From Escherichia phage Phi1, in sequence record EF437941: DNA of 64,000 nucleotides; one strand, 5' to 3'. Under the pieces are notes generated by a model. It did no database searches. It was not told the origin of the DNA and worked only from the letters and a program-made list of their open reading frames with translations. Made by a program: the position numbers and the translations under genes. Shown in pieces: positions 1 to 9,605 of the stretch; position 1 is the stretch's first letter, and the number at the start of each line of letters is the position of its first letter.

Positions 1-227
1 ACGCCGGAACAACCAATAGGGGATTCTTTTAACGTCATAGAGTCGTAACCACTGCCGATAATAGTAATTTCTCTAACATCACCATCATCGTCAATGTCTT
101 CTACCCTAAACGGGCGACCAGCCAACAAGTCAACAATACATCTGTTAATAGACGACGAAAATTTAGTCAGTTCGGCTTTCGACGCTTCGCATTCAATCTT
201 GTAAGTTTTACCAACTTCCCATTCCAT
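1..227 (-). CDS. hypothetical protein, partial (start near 227, continues past window start)
   Basis: Open frame without stops from an ATG just downstream of the nrdG stop, preceded by GGTGA; runs off the window; coordinates approximate. Confidence 0.35.
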   Translation of the reverse strand, partial: MEWEVGKTYKIECEASKAELTKFSSSINRCIVDLLAGRPFRVEDIDDDGDVREITIIGSGYDSMTLKESPIGCSG

Positions 228-237
228 AATAATCACC

Positions 238-741
238 TCAAATAATTTTCACTGGAATACTATTAACAATCTTGTATTGTACTTGATTGTCAGACCCCCG
301 CCACGGCTTCTTCGTTGGCATATCTTTAATATAACGACCATCGATGAACATGTCAACTGATTCTACAATTTTTCTTTGCTCATCATTCAATTGGTCAAGG
401 GTATAACCGGACCATAGCCAAATATCTTTATTTGGCATCCATGATTTTACTTCATCGATGATCCGCTGTACACCCTTTAAATTGCGTTTATACAGTGGAT
501 CTCCACCTAAGAATGTTAGCCCCTGAATAAAATCAGGTCTAAGCAGATCCAGAATCAATCCCATTGTATCATCGGTGAATGGTTCCCCGTTCTTAGGATT
601 GAGTATACTGGAATTAAAGCAACCATCACATGCGTGTGAACATCCGGTAACGTAAAGGGAGACTCTCACTCCCTCACCGTTAACCATATCACAATCTTTA
701 ATATCGGCATAGCGTAGTTTGCCGTATGTATCAGAACTCAT
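238..741 (-). CDS. nrdG: anaerobic ribonucleotide reductase activating protein (radical SAM)
   Basis: CxxxCxxC-type Cys cluster (GCSHACDGCFN) near N-terminus; size and position downstream of nrdD as in T4; ATG at 741 (track start 747 is TTG). Confidence 0.85.
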   Translation of the reverse strand: MSSDTYGKLRYADIKDCDMVNGEGVRVSLYVTGCSHACDGCFNSSILNPKNGEPFTDDTMGLILDLLRPDFIQGLTFLGGDPLYKRNLKGVQRIIDEVKSWMPNKDIWLWSGYTLDQLNDEQRKIVESVDMFIDGRYIKDMPTKKPWRGSDNQVQYKIVNSIPVKII

Positions 742-887
742 ATTCAATTACCCCGAACTCGTTTACAATCTGCGCTTTATAGTAACCGCCGCGAGATGCC
801 AATAGATAAGCTGGGCTTAGGTATTCGTATTCACGGATTTCTACTTGTGCGTTTTCAGTTTCCCAAATCAGTAAAGTCCACATATTT
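738..887 (-). CDS. small hypothetical protein (~49 aa, below ORF-track cutoff)
   Basis: ATG preceded by GGAGAATCAAAT and a stem-loop promoter at ~926-954; overlaps the nrdG start; coordinates approximate. Confidence 0.35.
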
Positions 888-925
888 GATTCTCCTGTAA
901 AGTTGTATCTCGTCTTGATGAATAT

Positions 926-954
926 AGTATAGGGGATCTCGCGATCCCAGTCAA
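926..954 (-). promoter_or_regulatory. early sigma70-type promoter with stem-loop in spacer (PeSL-like)
   Basis: Minus strand TTGACT-GGGATCGCGAGATCCCC-TATACT; inverted repeat fills the 17-bp spacer. Confidence 0.6.
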
Positions 955-958
955 GCGT

Positions 959-1486
959 TTATTTTAAATTTTTTCGAATGTATTCAGACCATTCCTTCCC
1001 TGTCATTTCGGACCCGTTCTGGAAACTGAAATATTCATACGGCATCGAGTCAAGATAAAACAGGATCATACATCGCGCCATATAATACCAATCACGATTA
1101 AAGTAAACTACGTTATCACCAGTACCATCAACCCCTTTATCATAACCATCGCGGGTACGGGAGACCCATTGAATAGTATCAGTTTTCTCACGGATAGTAA
1201 CAGGTTCCCAATATCCAGCACATCCAGCATGACCACACGAACAAGTAAGGAAATATTGTCCTTTTGCTTTGTTGTCATCCCATTCACGATGGATTGGTTC
1301 GATCTCGTGAAACAGTGCCAAACAATCATGATTATGCAACACTGGCTTACCATCAATCAATGCATGGAATGTATGCAAACGACCAGTAGACAAATAGCTA
1401 TCCTCACGCTCAACCAGTTCAATAGCAATCCTTTTAGCTCGTTCTTTGTGTCGTTGTGCTTTACGCTTACGGTTTAATGATTTCAT
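959..1486 (-). CDS. hypothetical protein
   Basis: Minus-strand ORF tiled between neighbours; GAGGTGA before the internal ATG chosen as start; start uncertain (959..1507 in track). Confidence 0.5.
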   Translation of the reverse strand: MKSLNRKRKAQRHKERAKRIAIELVEREDSYLSTGRLHTFHALIDGKPVLHNHDCLALFHEIEPIHREWDDNKAKGQYFLTCSCGHAGCAGYWEPVTIREKTDTIQWVSRTRDGYDKGVDGTGDNVVYFNRDWYYMARCMILFYLDSMPYEYFSFQNGSEMTGKEWSEYIRKNLK

Positions 1487-1503
1487 ATTCACCTCACACA
1501 TTA

Positions 1504-2046
1504 TCAAAGGTCGCGATATAGTACATTATGAAAATGAGAACTTGCATTACCAATATTGTAGATAATAAATTCTTCATCCGGCGCTTGCGCTACAAATTGA
1601 GTATGAGCAACCGCCACAACCTTAAAAATACGATCCGTTATCTTGTGTTTAATTTCTGCTCCTACTTCCATAGGAACATATTCCTGTGTTTCTGTTTCAG
1701 TCGCAAAACAGCCATCTTCTTCATAAGCACGAACAAATCGATCGCAATCAGTACGCTTAACAAATTCAAGAGTATACAATTCTCGTGAATTGTCGGTATA
1801 GACCAATACAGAATTATTATGATAGCGAATCACATACAGGTTATTATCATCGTCAATTACGCAAAAGCTACGGATTCCTTCGCCTTTACTCCAGCAGATA
1901 TTAACCACCGTTCCTCTAATAAAAAAACTTTCCTTTAAATTAAAACTAGTCAATGTGCTAGCGTGCATTTTAACAACAACACCATCGCCAATTTCCAGTT
2001 TACGAAGTTTAACTTCTTTGCTCAGTACACAAAACATCATCATCAT
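1504..2046 (-). CDS. hypothetical protein
   Basis: ORF with GAGAGGA RBS, directly downstream of an early promoter at ~2076-2103. Confidence 0.55.
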   Translation of the reverse strand: MMMMFCVLSKEVKLRKLEIGDGVVVKMHASTLTSFNLKESFFIRGTVVNICWSKGEGIRSFCVIDDDNNLYVIRYHNNSVLVYTDNSRELYTLEFVKRTDCDRFVRAYEEDGCFATETETQEYVPMEVGAEIKHKITDRIFKVVAVAHTQFVAQAPDEEFIIYNIGNASSHFHNVLYRDL

Positions 2047-2075
2047 GTTGTCCTCTCGTTGTTTTCGATGTGAGC

Positions 2076-2103
2076 ATTATACATTAGCTAATCACGTTGT
2101 CAA
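2076..2103 (-). promoter_or_regulatory. early sigma70-type promoter
   Basis: Minus strand TTGACA-N16/17-TATAAT, directly downstream of the nrdD terminator. Confidence 0.6.
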
Positions 2104-2107
2104 CACC

Positions 2108-2141
2108 CCAAAACGAAAAAGCCGACCCTTTCGGATCGGCT
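2108..2141 (-). terminator. intrinsic terminator after nrdD
   Basis: GC hairpin AGCCGATCCGAAAGGGTCGGCT followed by TTTTTCGTTTT on the minus strand. Confidence 0.7.
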
Positions 2142-2146
2142 AAAAA

Positions 2147-4009
2147 TTACATGTGCTTAACGCGGTTTACCATCTCGGAGTGTTTCCCGTGGTTAAATGG
2201 ACGCAGATCAACAGATCCAAGATATCCACTAACGCGACGGATAACATTCATTTTTTCCAGATTATCATTGCCGCAATCAGGACAAACAAAACCAGTCTCG
2301 GTCGCTCTCATTTCCTTAGTAGATCCGCATACATGACACACATCAGAAGGAGTATTAACACCGAAGTAGTGCAATTTATCCATTGCATAGTCTACTACAG
2401 TTTCAAGACCTTTCAGGTTGTTTTTCATGTCTGGGAACTCAACATAAGAGATCATGCCACCGGACGCCAGCCAGTGATAATCTTTCTCAAAGTCGATTTT
2501 CTCAAATGGAGTGACTTTCCGGTCTACGTCGAGGTGGAATGAGTTGGTGTACCAGTCTTTATCGGTAGCGCCCTTAACAATACCAAATTGCTCTCGGTCC
2601 AGTCGATTAAATCGATAGCAAAGGCTCTCGGCTGGCGTACCGTAAAGACTAAACCCAAGTCCGGTTTCGTCCTTCCATTTTTCAGTATAATGACGCAAGA
2701 TCTTAAGAATATGTTTACCGTATCGCTGCACATCTTCCGAATCAAACGGATGAACACCAAACAGGACGCTCAATACCTCATGTAAACCAATATATCCAAG
2801 AGAGATACTAGCGCGACCATCTTTCAGCACTTCAAAAATTTCATCGTTTTGATGAATACGGAAAAATGCACCTTCGGTATACAGTACAGGAGCAACATTG
2901 GCTTTAGCCCCTTTTAAAGCGTCTACGCGACTCATGAGCGCATCAAAGCAAATAGGCATACGATTAGCTAGCTCTTGTTCGAATAGCTCAATTCTGCGCA
3001 TTACAGACGCTTTACCAGCACGACGCGCGGCAATAAGGGCAATACGCGGAAGATTCAGAGTCACAACACCTAAGTTATTACGTCCGTCTAATACTTCTTC
3101 GCCTTTCTCATTATGCCACACACCCAGGAAGCTACGACAACCCATCGGGCTAACCGGAACACTAGATCCAGTGATACTACGGTTATTCTTCGCAGAGATA
3201 TAATCAGGGGTAAGACGCTTACTAGAACATTCCAATGCAAGTTGCTTAATGTCGTAGTTCGGATCTTCCGGGTTAAGGTTTAATCCTTCTTCTAAGAACA
3301 TCACCAGCTTAGGAAACACCGGAGTTATACCATCTTTACCTAAACCTTTAGTTCGAACTTTCAGGATCGCTTTCTGAATCAGTTTTTCTTCCCAGCTAGT
3401 ACCCATACCAAATGTTAAAGTCACAAAAGGCGTTTGACCGTTGGTGGAGAACAAAGTGTTGATTTCATATTCCAACGCTTGATACCCGTCTAGCGTTTCT
3501 TTTTCTGTCTTCTCTTGTGCATAGAGAGTATCAGCTTTGATTCCGTAGGTTTCGGCATCAGCAAGGTGTTTATGATATGTTTTCTCAACATACGGTGCTA
3601 ACACCTGATCGATGTTTGCAATTGTGGTCCCGCCATATTGATGACTTGCCACCTGTGCGATAATTTGAGCGGTTACAGCACAAGCAACACCGATCGATTT
3701 AGGACTTTCGATTTGTGCGCTACCCAATTTAAAACCATTCTCTAACATGTCTTTGAGATTAACAAGACAGCAGTTAGTAAACGGCATAGCGGGTGCATAA
3801 TCCATATCATGATAATGAATATCACCGTCTACATGCGCTTTATAGATGTGCTCAGGTAACACGGTTTTAGCAATCTGTTTAGACACAGCGCCAGCAATCA
3901 GATCTCGACGTGTCGGGAATGTTCGCGCGTCTTTGTTCGCGTTCTCTTTGCTTACTTCGTTTTCTTTACCCGTTGCGATCTCTGTAATGTCTTTGATTAG
4001 TTTTTCCAT
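2147..4009 (-). CDS. nrdD: anaerobic ribonucleoside-triphosphate reductase (class III, glycyl radical enzyme), uninterrupted
   Basis: 620 aa; C-terminal glycyl radical motif RVSGYLG and Cys-x2-Cys zinc ribbon (CHVCGS, CPDCG); single continuous ORF, no intron. Confidence 0.95.
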   Translation of the reverse strand: MEKLIKDITEIATGKENEVSKENANKDARTFPTRRDLIAGAVSKQIAKTVLPEHIYKAHVDGDIHYHDMDYAPAMPFTNCCLVNLKDMLENGFKLGSAQIESPKSIGVACAVTAQIIAQVASHQYGGTTIANIDQVLAPYVEKTYHKHLADAETYGIKADTLYAQEKTEKETLDGYQALEYEINTLFSTNGQTPFVTLTFGMGTSWEEKLIQKAILKVRTKGLGKDGITPVFPKLVMFLEEGLNLNPEDPNYDIKQLALECSSKRLTPDYISAKNNRSITGSSVPVSPMGCRSFLGVWHNEKGEEVLDGRNNLGVVTLNLPRIALIAARRAGKASVMRRIELFEQELANRMPICFDALMSRVDALKGAKANVAPVLYTEGAFFRIHQNDEIFEVLKDGRASISLGYIGLHEVLSVLFGVHPFDSEDVQRYGKHILKILRHYTEKWKDETGLGFSLYGTPAESLCYRFNRLDREQFGIVKGATDKDWYTNSFHLDVDRKVTPFEKIDFEKDYHWLASGGMISYVEFPDMKNNLKGLETVVDYAMDKLHYFGVNTPSDVCHVCGSTKEMRATETGFVCPDCGNDNLEKMNVIRRVSGYLGSVDLRPFNHGKHSEMVNRVKHM

Positions 4010-4021
4010 TGTATCACCTAT

Positions 4022-4044
4022 GAAAAAGCGGGATTTTCTCCCGC
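4022..4044 (-). terminator. intrinsic terminator-like hairpin immediately upstream of the nrdD RBS
   Basis: GCGGGAGAAAATCCCGC plus TTTTT on the minus strand. Confidence 0.55.
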
Positions 4045-4054
4045 TCGTTGATAG

Positions 4055-4549
4055 TTATTTTACCAGTTCTGCTAATTCTTTTTCTTTAGCTTCCAGTTCA
4101 GCCTTAAGCTGTTTAATCTCTTGTCGCTTCTTATTAGCGGCTTCCTGCTTACTATTTCGGATAATCTGATCTAGATACAACTCCCAATCCTGAATATTTT
4201 TGATAATATAACCGTCAACATTAATTGGTCGGATATTTAGTACAGCTTCCAGTTTAGTCGCAAAAACTTTAATTGCTGGTGTGAAGTATTCATATTCGTT
4301 ATCTTCAAACCAATAACCTAGACTTGCATTCTCAATGCGAAGACGAAGTTCAAGATCAAGGTCTTTATCTTCGGTGTAAAGATCTTGCACATGTCCCATC
4401 GAGCTAACAACAACTTTAAAACGAATTTTATCAACACCACCAAACACATCAGTAAGGATACCAGCAATTGAGCTATTAGCGCAAGATTGGTCGCTGAATG
4501 CGTCAAGGTTTTCTTTAGTTACAGTATACCAAACATCTTGTACCCACAT
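4055..4549 (-). CDS. hypothetical protein
   Basis: ORF behind stem-loop promoter ~4580-4607 with GAGAGGA RBS; C-terminal coiled-coil-like K/E-rich tail. Confidence 0.55.
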   Translation of the reverse strand: MWVQDVWYTVTKENLDAFSDQSCANSSIAGILTDVFGGVDKIRFKVVVSSMGHVQDLYTEDKDLDLELRLRIENASLGYWFEDNEYEYFTPAIKVFATKLEAVLNIRPINVDGYIIKNIQDWELYLDQIIRNSKQEAANKKRQEIKQLKAELEAKEKELAELVK

Positions 4550-4579
4550 AATATAATCCTCTCGTTGTTAAGTGGGAGT

Positions 4580-4607
4580 ATTATAGCATACTCCCTTTGC
4601 ATGTCAA
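4580..4607 (-). promoter_or_regulatory. early promoter with stem-loop overlapping the -10 (PeSL-like)
   Basis: TTGACA-N16-TATAAT; inverted repeat GGGAGTAT/ATACTCCC spans the -10. Confidence 0.6.
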
Positions 4608-5782
4608 GCACGAACTTTTTTCTTTACTGCTTTCACCTTCTGGCGAATTGCTCGAATCTCTTCGATCTCTTTTTCAGTCTCTTTAACAATTTCTTTGCGA
4701 TTCTGAATATCTGTATCGAGATTATCATCAAGTTTAGGCAGCATGTCAATCAAGAACTTTTTAAAGTCTTTCAGGTTTCGGATAACAGCACCTTCACCCA
4801 TTACCGCCACCCCTACACCATCCGGCAGATCACCAAACAGCTTAACCAGTTCAGATAGATGACCATGATCTTCTAGTGCTTCTTCCGGTTCAGATGGCAG
4901 TTCAACAAAGTAATAACGTTCATCATTGCTGATCAGGTGATACCAGCAAAGCCCAAAAGATTTAGGAGTATATTCTACACCACCAACTTCAACCGCGTCA
5001 ACACTTCCGAAAGAATCTACTTTAGTTACCTTAAATCCATGTTCCAGCGTTTTAATAATTTCAATAACATGACTGGATACGGTTTCAGTATTAAACCAAT
5101 GAGGCAAATTATGTGGATTTGGTTTGTATCGTTCGCCTACTTTAAATCTCTGACCACGCTCTTGCATACGGACATATTCAACTCGCGTGATTTCCGCGAA
5201 GTATTCAAATTCGCTACCGTCAAACAAGCAATTCCATTGATCACAAAAACGATCCGCCTTAACGGTTTCACCTTTCGCGGTGATCATGGTAGCCGACCCG
5301 TGCAATTCTTCTTCAACTAAAAAGCCATATTCGACAAAATCAACAAGTTTCATGGCTTCTTTGTGCTCTGGATCATGCTCTCCCCAGAATCGCTTAAATT
5401 CTTGCAAACCTTCCGGGGTAAACGAATAACATTTACCTTTTTCAAAGTAAGTCGGCATTGCATCCTCTTTCTTGTTCATCGCTTCGTATGCCTCTTTTGA
5501 GATACGTTTAAAGAATTTACGCTCATCGTGCATAAGCATAACAGCCCAATAATAAACGATATCCTCAGCGGAATAAACTACATCTCCAGCTTCAATAGTA
5601 ATAACATGACCGTGGTCATCTTTTTCTAATACTTTAAAGCCCTTTTCTACGATTCCAGCAACCCGAATATGACCACGGCGCGAAGCATCGGTCGGAATAG
5701 TTGAATAGCGAGAAAAGTCTAGAAACTCATCTTTACCACCTTCACGGAATGCATAGTAATGCCCTTCAAAGAATTTAGCCAT
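4604..5782 (-). CDS. hypothetical protein (paralog family A, two repeated domains)
   Basis: 392 aa; shares a GFKVL...ERKFFKRI(S/T)K domain with the two downstream-adjacent genes; stem-loop promoter at ~5814-5842. Confidence 0.6.
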   Translation of the reverse strand: MAKFFEGHYYAFREGGKDEFLDFSRYSTIPTDASRRGHIRVAGIVEKGFKVLEKDDHGHVITIEAGDVVYSAEDIVYYWAVMLMHDERKFFKRISKEAYEAMNKKEDAMPTYFEKGKCYSFTPEGLQEFKRFWGEHDPEHKEAMKLVDFVEYGFLVEEELHGSATMITAKGETVKADRFCDQWNCLFDGSEFEYFAEITRVEYVRMQERGQRFKVGERYKPNPHNLPHWFNTETVSSHVIEIIKTLEHGFKVTKVDSFGSVDAVEVGGVEYTPKSFGLCWYHLISNDERYYFVELPSEPEEALEDHGHLSELVKLFGDLPDGVGVAVMGEGAVIRNLKDFKKFLIDMLPKLDDNLDTDIQNRKEIVKETEKEIEEIRAIRQKVKAVKKKVRA

Positions 5783-5813
5783 AATATAATCCTCTCGTTG
5801 TTTAAATGGGAGT

Positions 5814-5842
5814 ATCTTACTACTCCCGTTTCATCATGTCAA
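5814..5842 (-). promoter_or_regulatory. early promoter with stem-loop (PeSL-like)
   Basis: TTGACA-N17-TAAGAT; inverted repeat GGGAGTA/TACTCCC. Confidence 0.55.
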
Positions 5843-6405
5843 GCGTTAAATGACTTTTGGATCTCTTTCAGTTCAGCTACTTTATCGGCGCTATACTTTG
5901 CTTGATGTTCCATGCGCTTAAGCTCACCTTTGATATAGGTTTCTAGCTTAGGTTTATTCTCAATCAGAAAATCTTTCAAGTCATCGGCATTTTTAAAGTA
6001 TAGCTGATTATCAAAGCTAAAATCTTCCAGCGTCAATGATACCAAAGAAGACTTCGCAAACAAGTTAATCAGATCTTCCAGAGATTCTTCTTTCTTAACT
6101 GGTTTCATTTCTTCAAACTGCTTTTTAGTGATGCGTTTAAAGTATTTGCGCTCGCTTGCATCAATCATTATTGACGCGCCCTCATAATCATGAGTTTCTA
6201 CCAAATACACTTTACCCATAACATTAACCGTAAGAACTTTAAAGCCCCGGTGAAGCACACCATACAGGAACTTGTTATGTTGTGGATAGCGTTTAACAAA
6301 TTCCTCTGCGGACTCAGAATTACGGAAAGTGTAATAACGACCTCGTTCAAAAACAGCATCATTTGAAGACTTAGACGGATACAATTTATACGTTTTCTGT
6401 ACCAT
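5839..6405 (-). CDS. hypothetical protein (paralog family A)
   Basis: Shares the N-terminal domain with 4604..5782; second ATG with AGAGGAT RBS chosen as start (track start 6423). Confidence 0.55.
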   Translation of the reverse strand: MVQKTYKLYPSKSSNDAVFERGRYYTFRNSESAEEFVKRYPQHNKFLYGVLHRGFKVLTVNVMGKVYLVETHDYEGASIMIDASERKYFKRITKKQFEEMKPVKKEESLEDLINLFAKSSLVSLTLEDFSFDNQLYFKNADDLKDFLIENKPKLETYIKGELKRMEHQAKYSADKVAELKEIQKSFNA

Positions 6406-6419
6406 AATATAATCCTCTA

Positions 6420-6692
6420 TCATTTCACTAATTGAACAGCACGAAACAGAATGCGGTCACACGGAAGCAGCATAAATTCCCAACGCGGATCAAAGTCTTT
6501 AGCGGTGTATGTTTTCCCATCAACAGAGATTTCACTTACATAACCAATAGGTGACACTTTAAGAACAGTAAATCCATTCTTGATTGCTTCGTAGGTATCT
6601 TTCAGACCTTCGTAGTCGTCCTCTAAGAAGTCTTTACGTGCTTGCTCAGATTTAAAAACATAGGCCACGCCAGCTTTAAACATCTTACGCAT
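6420..6692 (-). CDS. hypothetical protein (paralog family A, short)
   Basis: Track ORF N-terminus overlaps the promoter at ~6724-6752; internal ATG after AAGGAGAATCAACA taken as start. Confidence 0.5.
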   Translation of the reverse strand: MRKMFKAGVAYVFKSEQARKDFLEDDYEGLKDTYEAIKNGFTVLKVSPIGYVSEISVDGKTYTAKDFDPRWEFMLLPCDRILFRAVQLVK

Positions 6693-6723
6693 TGTTGATT
6701 CTCCTTCTTGATTAGATGGGAGC

Positions 6724-6752
6724 ATTTTACTACTCCCATTTCTTATTGTCAA
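6724..6752 (-). promoter_or_regulatory. early promoter with stem-loop (PeSL-like)
   Basis: TTGACA-N17-TAAAAT; inverted repeat GGGAGTAG/GCTCCC. Confidence 0.5.
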
Positions 6753-6755
6753 CTA

Positions 6756-7229
6756 CTATCTTAATCTTTGTATGAATTGTTTCTTATACTTCTTCGTGAT
6801 TTCTTCTCGTGTATCAGCGTCGCAGTAATCGAAACCTTCTGCGTCCATAATAGCAACCATCTCCGCTCGTGTCAAGCGTGAAAATCGTTTTACTTTATCA
6901 ACGGCATATTGAGGATGTAAATGATTGTTGGTGTAGTCTCCTTTGATGTAATTAACATAGTTTGTAGCCCAAACAACGAAATCAGCACCTAAAGCACCAA
7001 CACCAAACCGTTTAAAGTCTCCGGTCAACGATCCTTCTAGGCGGTTGCAACACGAATGAAGCAATCCCCTTACGCGGCCTTGCCCTTTCCCTTCTAGATC
7101 GTGGTCGTGGTCAAGATGGTTTTTGCTCATATCCTCAAAAAGTGGCAATTGACAAAGGGGGCAAATGCCCCCCTGTTTTTCGAATAGTTCTTGTTTGTAC
7201 TCTTTAGCACTCTTAGCAGTCAGTAACAT
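6756..7229 (-). CDS. 49: recombination endonuclease VII (Holliday junction resolvase)
   Basis: Strong similarity to T4 gp49 as recalled: N-terminal Cys pair CPLC, HLDHDHDL, RGLLHSCCN; start at ATG after GGAGGGTGA. Confidence 0.9.
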   Translation of the reverse strand: MLLTAKSAKEYKQELFEKQGGICPLCQLPLFEDMSKNHLDHDHDLEGKGQGRVRGLLHSCCNRLEGSLTGDFKRFGVGALGADFVVWATNYVNYIKGDYTNNHLHPQYAVDKVKRFSRLTRAEMVAIMDAEGFDYCDADTREEITKKYKKQFIQRLR

Positions 7230-7253
7230 AAATTCACCCTCCAAAGAAGGTAT

Positions 7254-7535
7254 TTAACCATTAATCTTGTTTTTGACTACAAAGGATCGGAACTCATCAA
7301 AGCCACCGATATAATCACCATCATAGAAAATCTGCGGCATGGTGGCAATAACTTCTACCCCTGCGCGATCCTGAATATCGGCAATGATAGAATCAATCTT
7401 TACCGGGCGACCGTTTTCGTCCACACCATCATTAACCGGAATGTAGATGTAAGGGATCTTACGCGCTTCACAAAGGCGCTTTGCATTCTGGCAATACTTA
7501 CAGTTGTAACCTTCAAAACCAAAAATTTCTACCAT
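7254..7535 (-). CDS. nrdC: glutaredoxin / phage thioredoxin
   Basis: CKYC active-site motif and overall similarity to T4 NrdC; GAGG RBS before ATG at 7535. Confidence 0.8.
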   Translation of the reverse strand: MVEIFGFEGYNCKYCQNAKRLCEARKIPYIYIPVNDGVDENGRPVKIDSIIADIQDRAGVEVIATMPQIFYDGDYIGGFDEFRSFVVKNKING

Positions 7536-7543
7536 GTTATACC

Positions 7544-8356
7544 TCAATCTACGTTAGTTACATAAACTTCTTGCGTATCAGAAGACTTGCCACCTGAACG
7601 ATCTAGGCAATAGGTCTTATTCAACAAGACGCAGTTTAAATCATTCCGCTTGATAAAGTCAAGAAGATGATCATTTGCCTTTCCCTTATGATGCGTGACA
7701 TTACTTATACCAAACTGAAAACCACGCGCCATAATAGATTCTACCCACTGATAGAATTTAATCTCTTCCTCGTCACTCCAGAACTTATTATATTCCGCAG
7801 AAGTGATAAGGTACGGCGGGTCCAAATAAACGAAATCACCTGGCAAGATCTCGATCTCGTCATAACGACCGGACGTAAAACTGATTCGACCGTCTTTGTT
7901 TTCTTCCTTAAAATTCAGGACACGCTCTACCGCGTTTTCGTTAAAAGTCCGGCGACCAAAATTAGCATTAAATTCGCCCTTCCTGTTATGGCGGTTAATG
8001 TTGCTAAAACTGTGCTGAATCAGAACAAACAGAGATAGCGGATCTGGATTCTCATTATACTTCTTACGGAATGCCATGTAAGCATCTTTATCATCACGAG
8101 ACAAATCATTCTCGGCAATAATCCGCTTGATCGTAGAAACCGGATCAGGACACTCGTCAATCGCTTTGTACGCTTCAATTAAGCGGTGATCATAGTCATT
8201 AGCCAGCACATCCCCTTCGACGTACAGAGACACGCTCAAGCCGCCACAAAAGGCATCAACAAAGCGGTTATAGTGCTTAGGGAAATACTTACTAACACCT
8301 GGCAATAGCTTTTCCTTATTGCCAGTATAGGGAATTAAACCTAATGCTTTCTTCAT
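7544..8356 (-). CDS. dam: DNA adenine methyltransferase (alpha-class, DPPY)
   Basis: Motif I FVDAFCGGLSV and motif IV DPPY; overall similarity to T4 Dam as recalled. Confidence 0.9.
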   Translation of the reverse strand: MKKALGLIPYTGNKEKLLPGVSKYFPKHYNRFVDAFCGGLSVSLYVEGDVLANDYDHRLIEAYKAIDECPDPVSTIKRIIAENDLSRDDKDAYMAFRKKYNENPDPLSLFVLIQHSFSNINRHNRKGEFNANFGRRTFNENAVERVLNFKEENKDGRISFTSGRYDEIEILPGDFVYLDPPYLITSAEYNKFWSDEEEIKFYQWVESIMARGFQFGISNVTHHKGKANDHLLDFIKRNDLNCVLLNKTYCLDRSGGKSSDTQEVYVTNVD

Positions 8357-8787
8357 TATCCCTTCCTCAAATAAGTTCTCTCAATCTCTACCAGTTCGAA
8401 AAATTCTTGCCAATCACACGGAAAATTGCAGTTTCCGAAATGATCCTCTTTGTAAAGTTCTTTACCGGATGGCAGCTTAATATCTGTTACGCTGTAGTAT
8501 CCGCAACAATCGCAATCACCCTCTGTATATTTTGTTTTAGTCGGAATATCCATCATTGCCAGATACAAAGGTACATCGTCTTGCTCAAAGTTCATGTAAC
8601 CTTCATGGTCGAATGAAACAAAGTTATCATCGCCACCGAAAGGGATATAATGGTCATAATCGGTTACAGGTTGACCGTGTAATTCCCATTCTACAATTTT
8701 AACATTACCACTAAACTTTATACCCATAATTTCAACAAGAAAATGAGTATCGTCAATGTAAATCTTACTAGGGGTTGGATAAACCAT
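8356..8787 (-). CDS. hypothetical protein (Cys-rich C-terminal half)
   Basis: ORF tiled on minus strand, start overlaps the upstream stop. Confidence 0.5.
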   Translation of the reverse strand: MVYPTPSKIYIDDTHFLVEIMGIKFSGNVKIVEWELHGQPVTDYDHYIPFGGDDNFVSFDHEGYMNFEQDDVPLYLAMMDIPTKTKYTEGDCDCCGYYSVTDIKLPSGKELYKEDHFGNCNFPCDWQEFFELVEIERTYLRKG

Positions 8788-8797
8788 TATATAATCC

Positions 8798-9094
8798 TCA
8801 TATCTCAGAGAATAGAATCTCTGTTAGCTTCACTGACTGCTCTCTGAATGTTAGCGTATACTCGAAAGGAAAGTCAACACCTAATTTCAGAAGAGAATAG
8901 CCTACCGCCTCTTTATGTTTATCGGTTAGGGCGATCCTAACCAATTCCCGTTGAATCTCTTTAGGCGGTGAATGGATAGTAACACGGGTATCATGTAATG
9001 TCCAGTCACCATTTCGAATTAAGATTAACGGTTTATCATCATTGAAGATCACCGACCCCTTTCCGGTCGGTGAGTGTTTTATATTAATCATCAA
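8798..9094 (-). CDS. hypothetical protein
   Basis: Tiled minus-strand ORF. Confidence 0.45.
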   Translation of the reverse strand: MMINIKHSPTGKGSVIFNDDKPLILIRNGDWTLHDTRVTIHSPPKEIQRELVRIALTDKHKEAVGYSLLKLGVDFPFEYTLTFREQSVKLTEILFSEI

Positions 9095-9305
9095 ATTCTA
9101 AGAAATATTCTGGAACGATATAACCGTTAAAGTCATTACACTTATAAAAATGTGGTGCATTTAATGCTGGATGAGCATTAGTAAAGAGTTTACCCTCTAG
9201 AAACAGAATGTAATTAATAGGTCTAATACCGACAGAATCAGGGTCTAAACCTTTTTCTTTCAGTTCAGCCAGCGTTAAAACTCGTCCAGATCGTAACTTA
9301 GCCAT
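9084..9305 (-). CDS. hypothetical protein
   Basis: Tiled minus-strand ORF overlapping neighbours by a few bp. Confidence 0.45.
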   Translation of the reverse strand: MAKLRSGRVLTLAELKEKGLDPDSVGIRPINYILFLEGKLFTNAHPALNAPHFYKCNDFNGYIVPEYFLEFDD

Positions 9306-9591
9306 GATTTACCCCCAATTCATCAAGATTATGTCGCAGCATTTCAGAGTATTTTTCTACTTCCTTAATCTTAGTGTGGATCTCCACGATCTCATCTTCA
9401 CTATCAGAAAGTTTAATGGCAATAGGGGTGCTGCTTTTACCCACCTTGATCGCTTCTTTCAGTTCAACCAACATGTCCGCGTGTTTCAATAGTAATTCTT
9501 CACGTTGAACATAAGCTACGGTCAAAGCCTCATCAGCGATTTCTAAAGCATTTTCAGCGACACCAACAACCATTTTACGAGTAGACAGCAT
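9298..9591 (-). CDS. hypothetical protein
   Basis: Tiled minus-strand ORF. Confidence 0.45.
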   Translation of the reverse strand: MLSTRKMVVGVAENALEIADEALTVAYVQREELLLKHADMLVELKEAIKVGKSSTPIAIKLSDSEDEIVEIHTKIKEVEKYSEMLRHNLDELGVNHG

Positions 9592-9605
9592 AAATTCACC
9601 TCACA

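Noticed and set aside
2153-2542. Plus-strand 129-aa ORF, together with other nested ORFs in nrdD
   Set aside because: Antisense or alternative frames inside nrdD, whose own frame has the glycyl-radical and zinc-ribbon motifs
2147-4009. Group I intron in nrdD, as in T4
   Set aside because: nrdD is one uninterrupted 620-codon frame with both catalytic motifs; no intron-sized interruption
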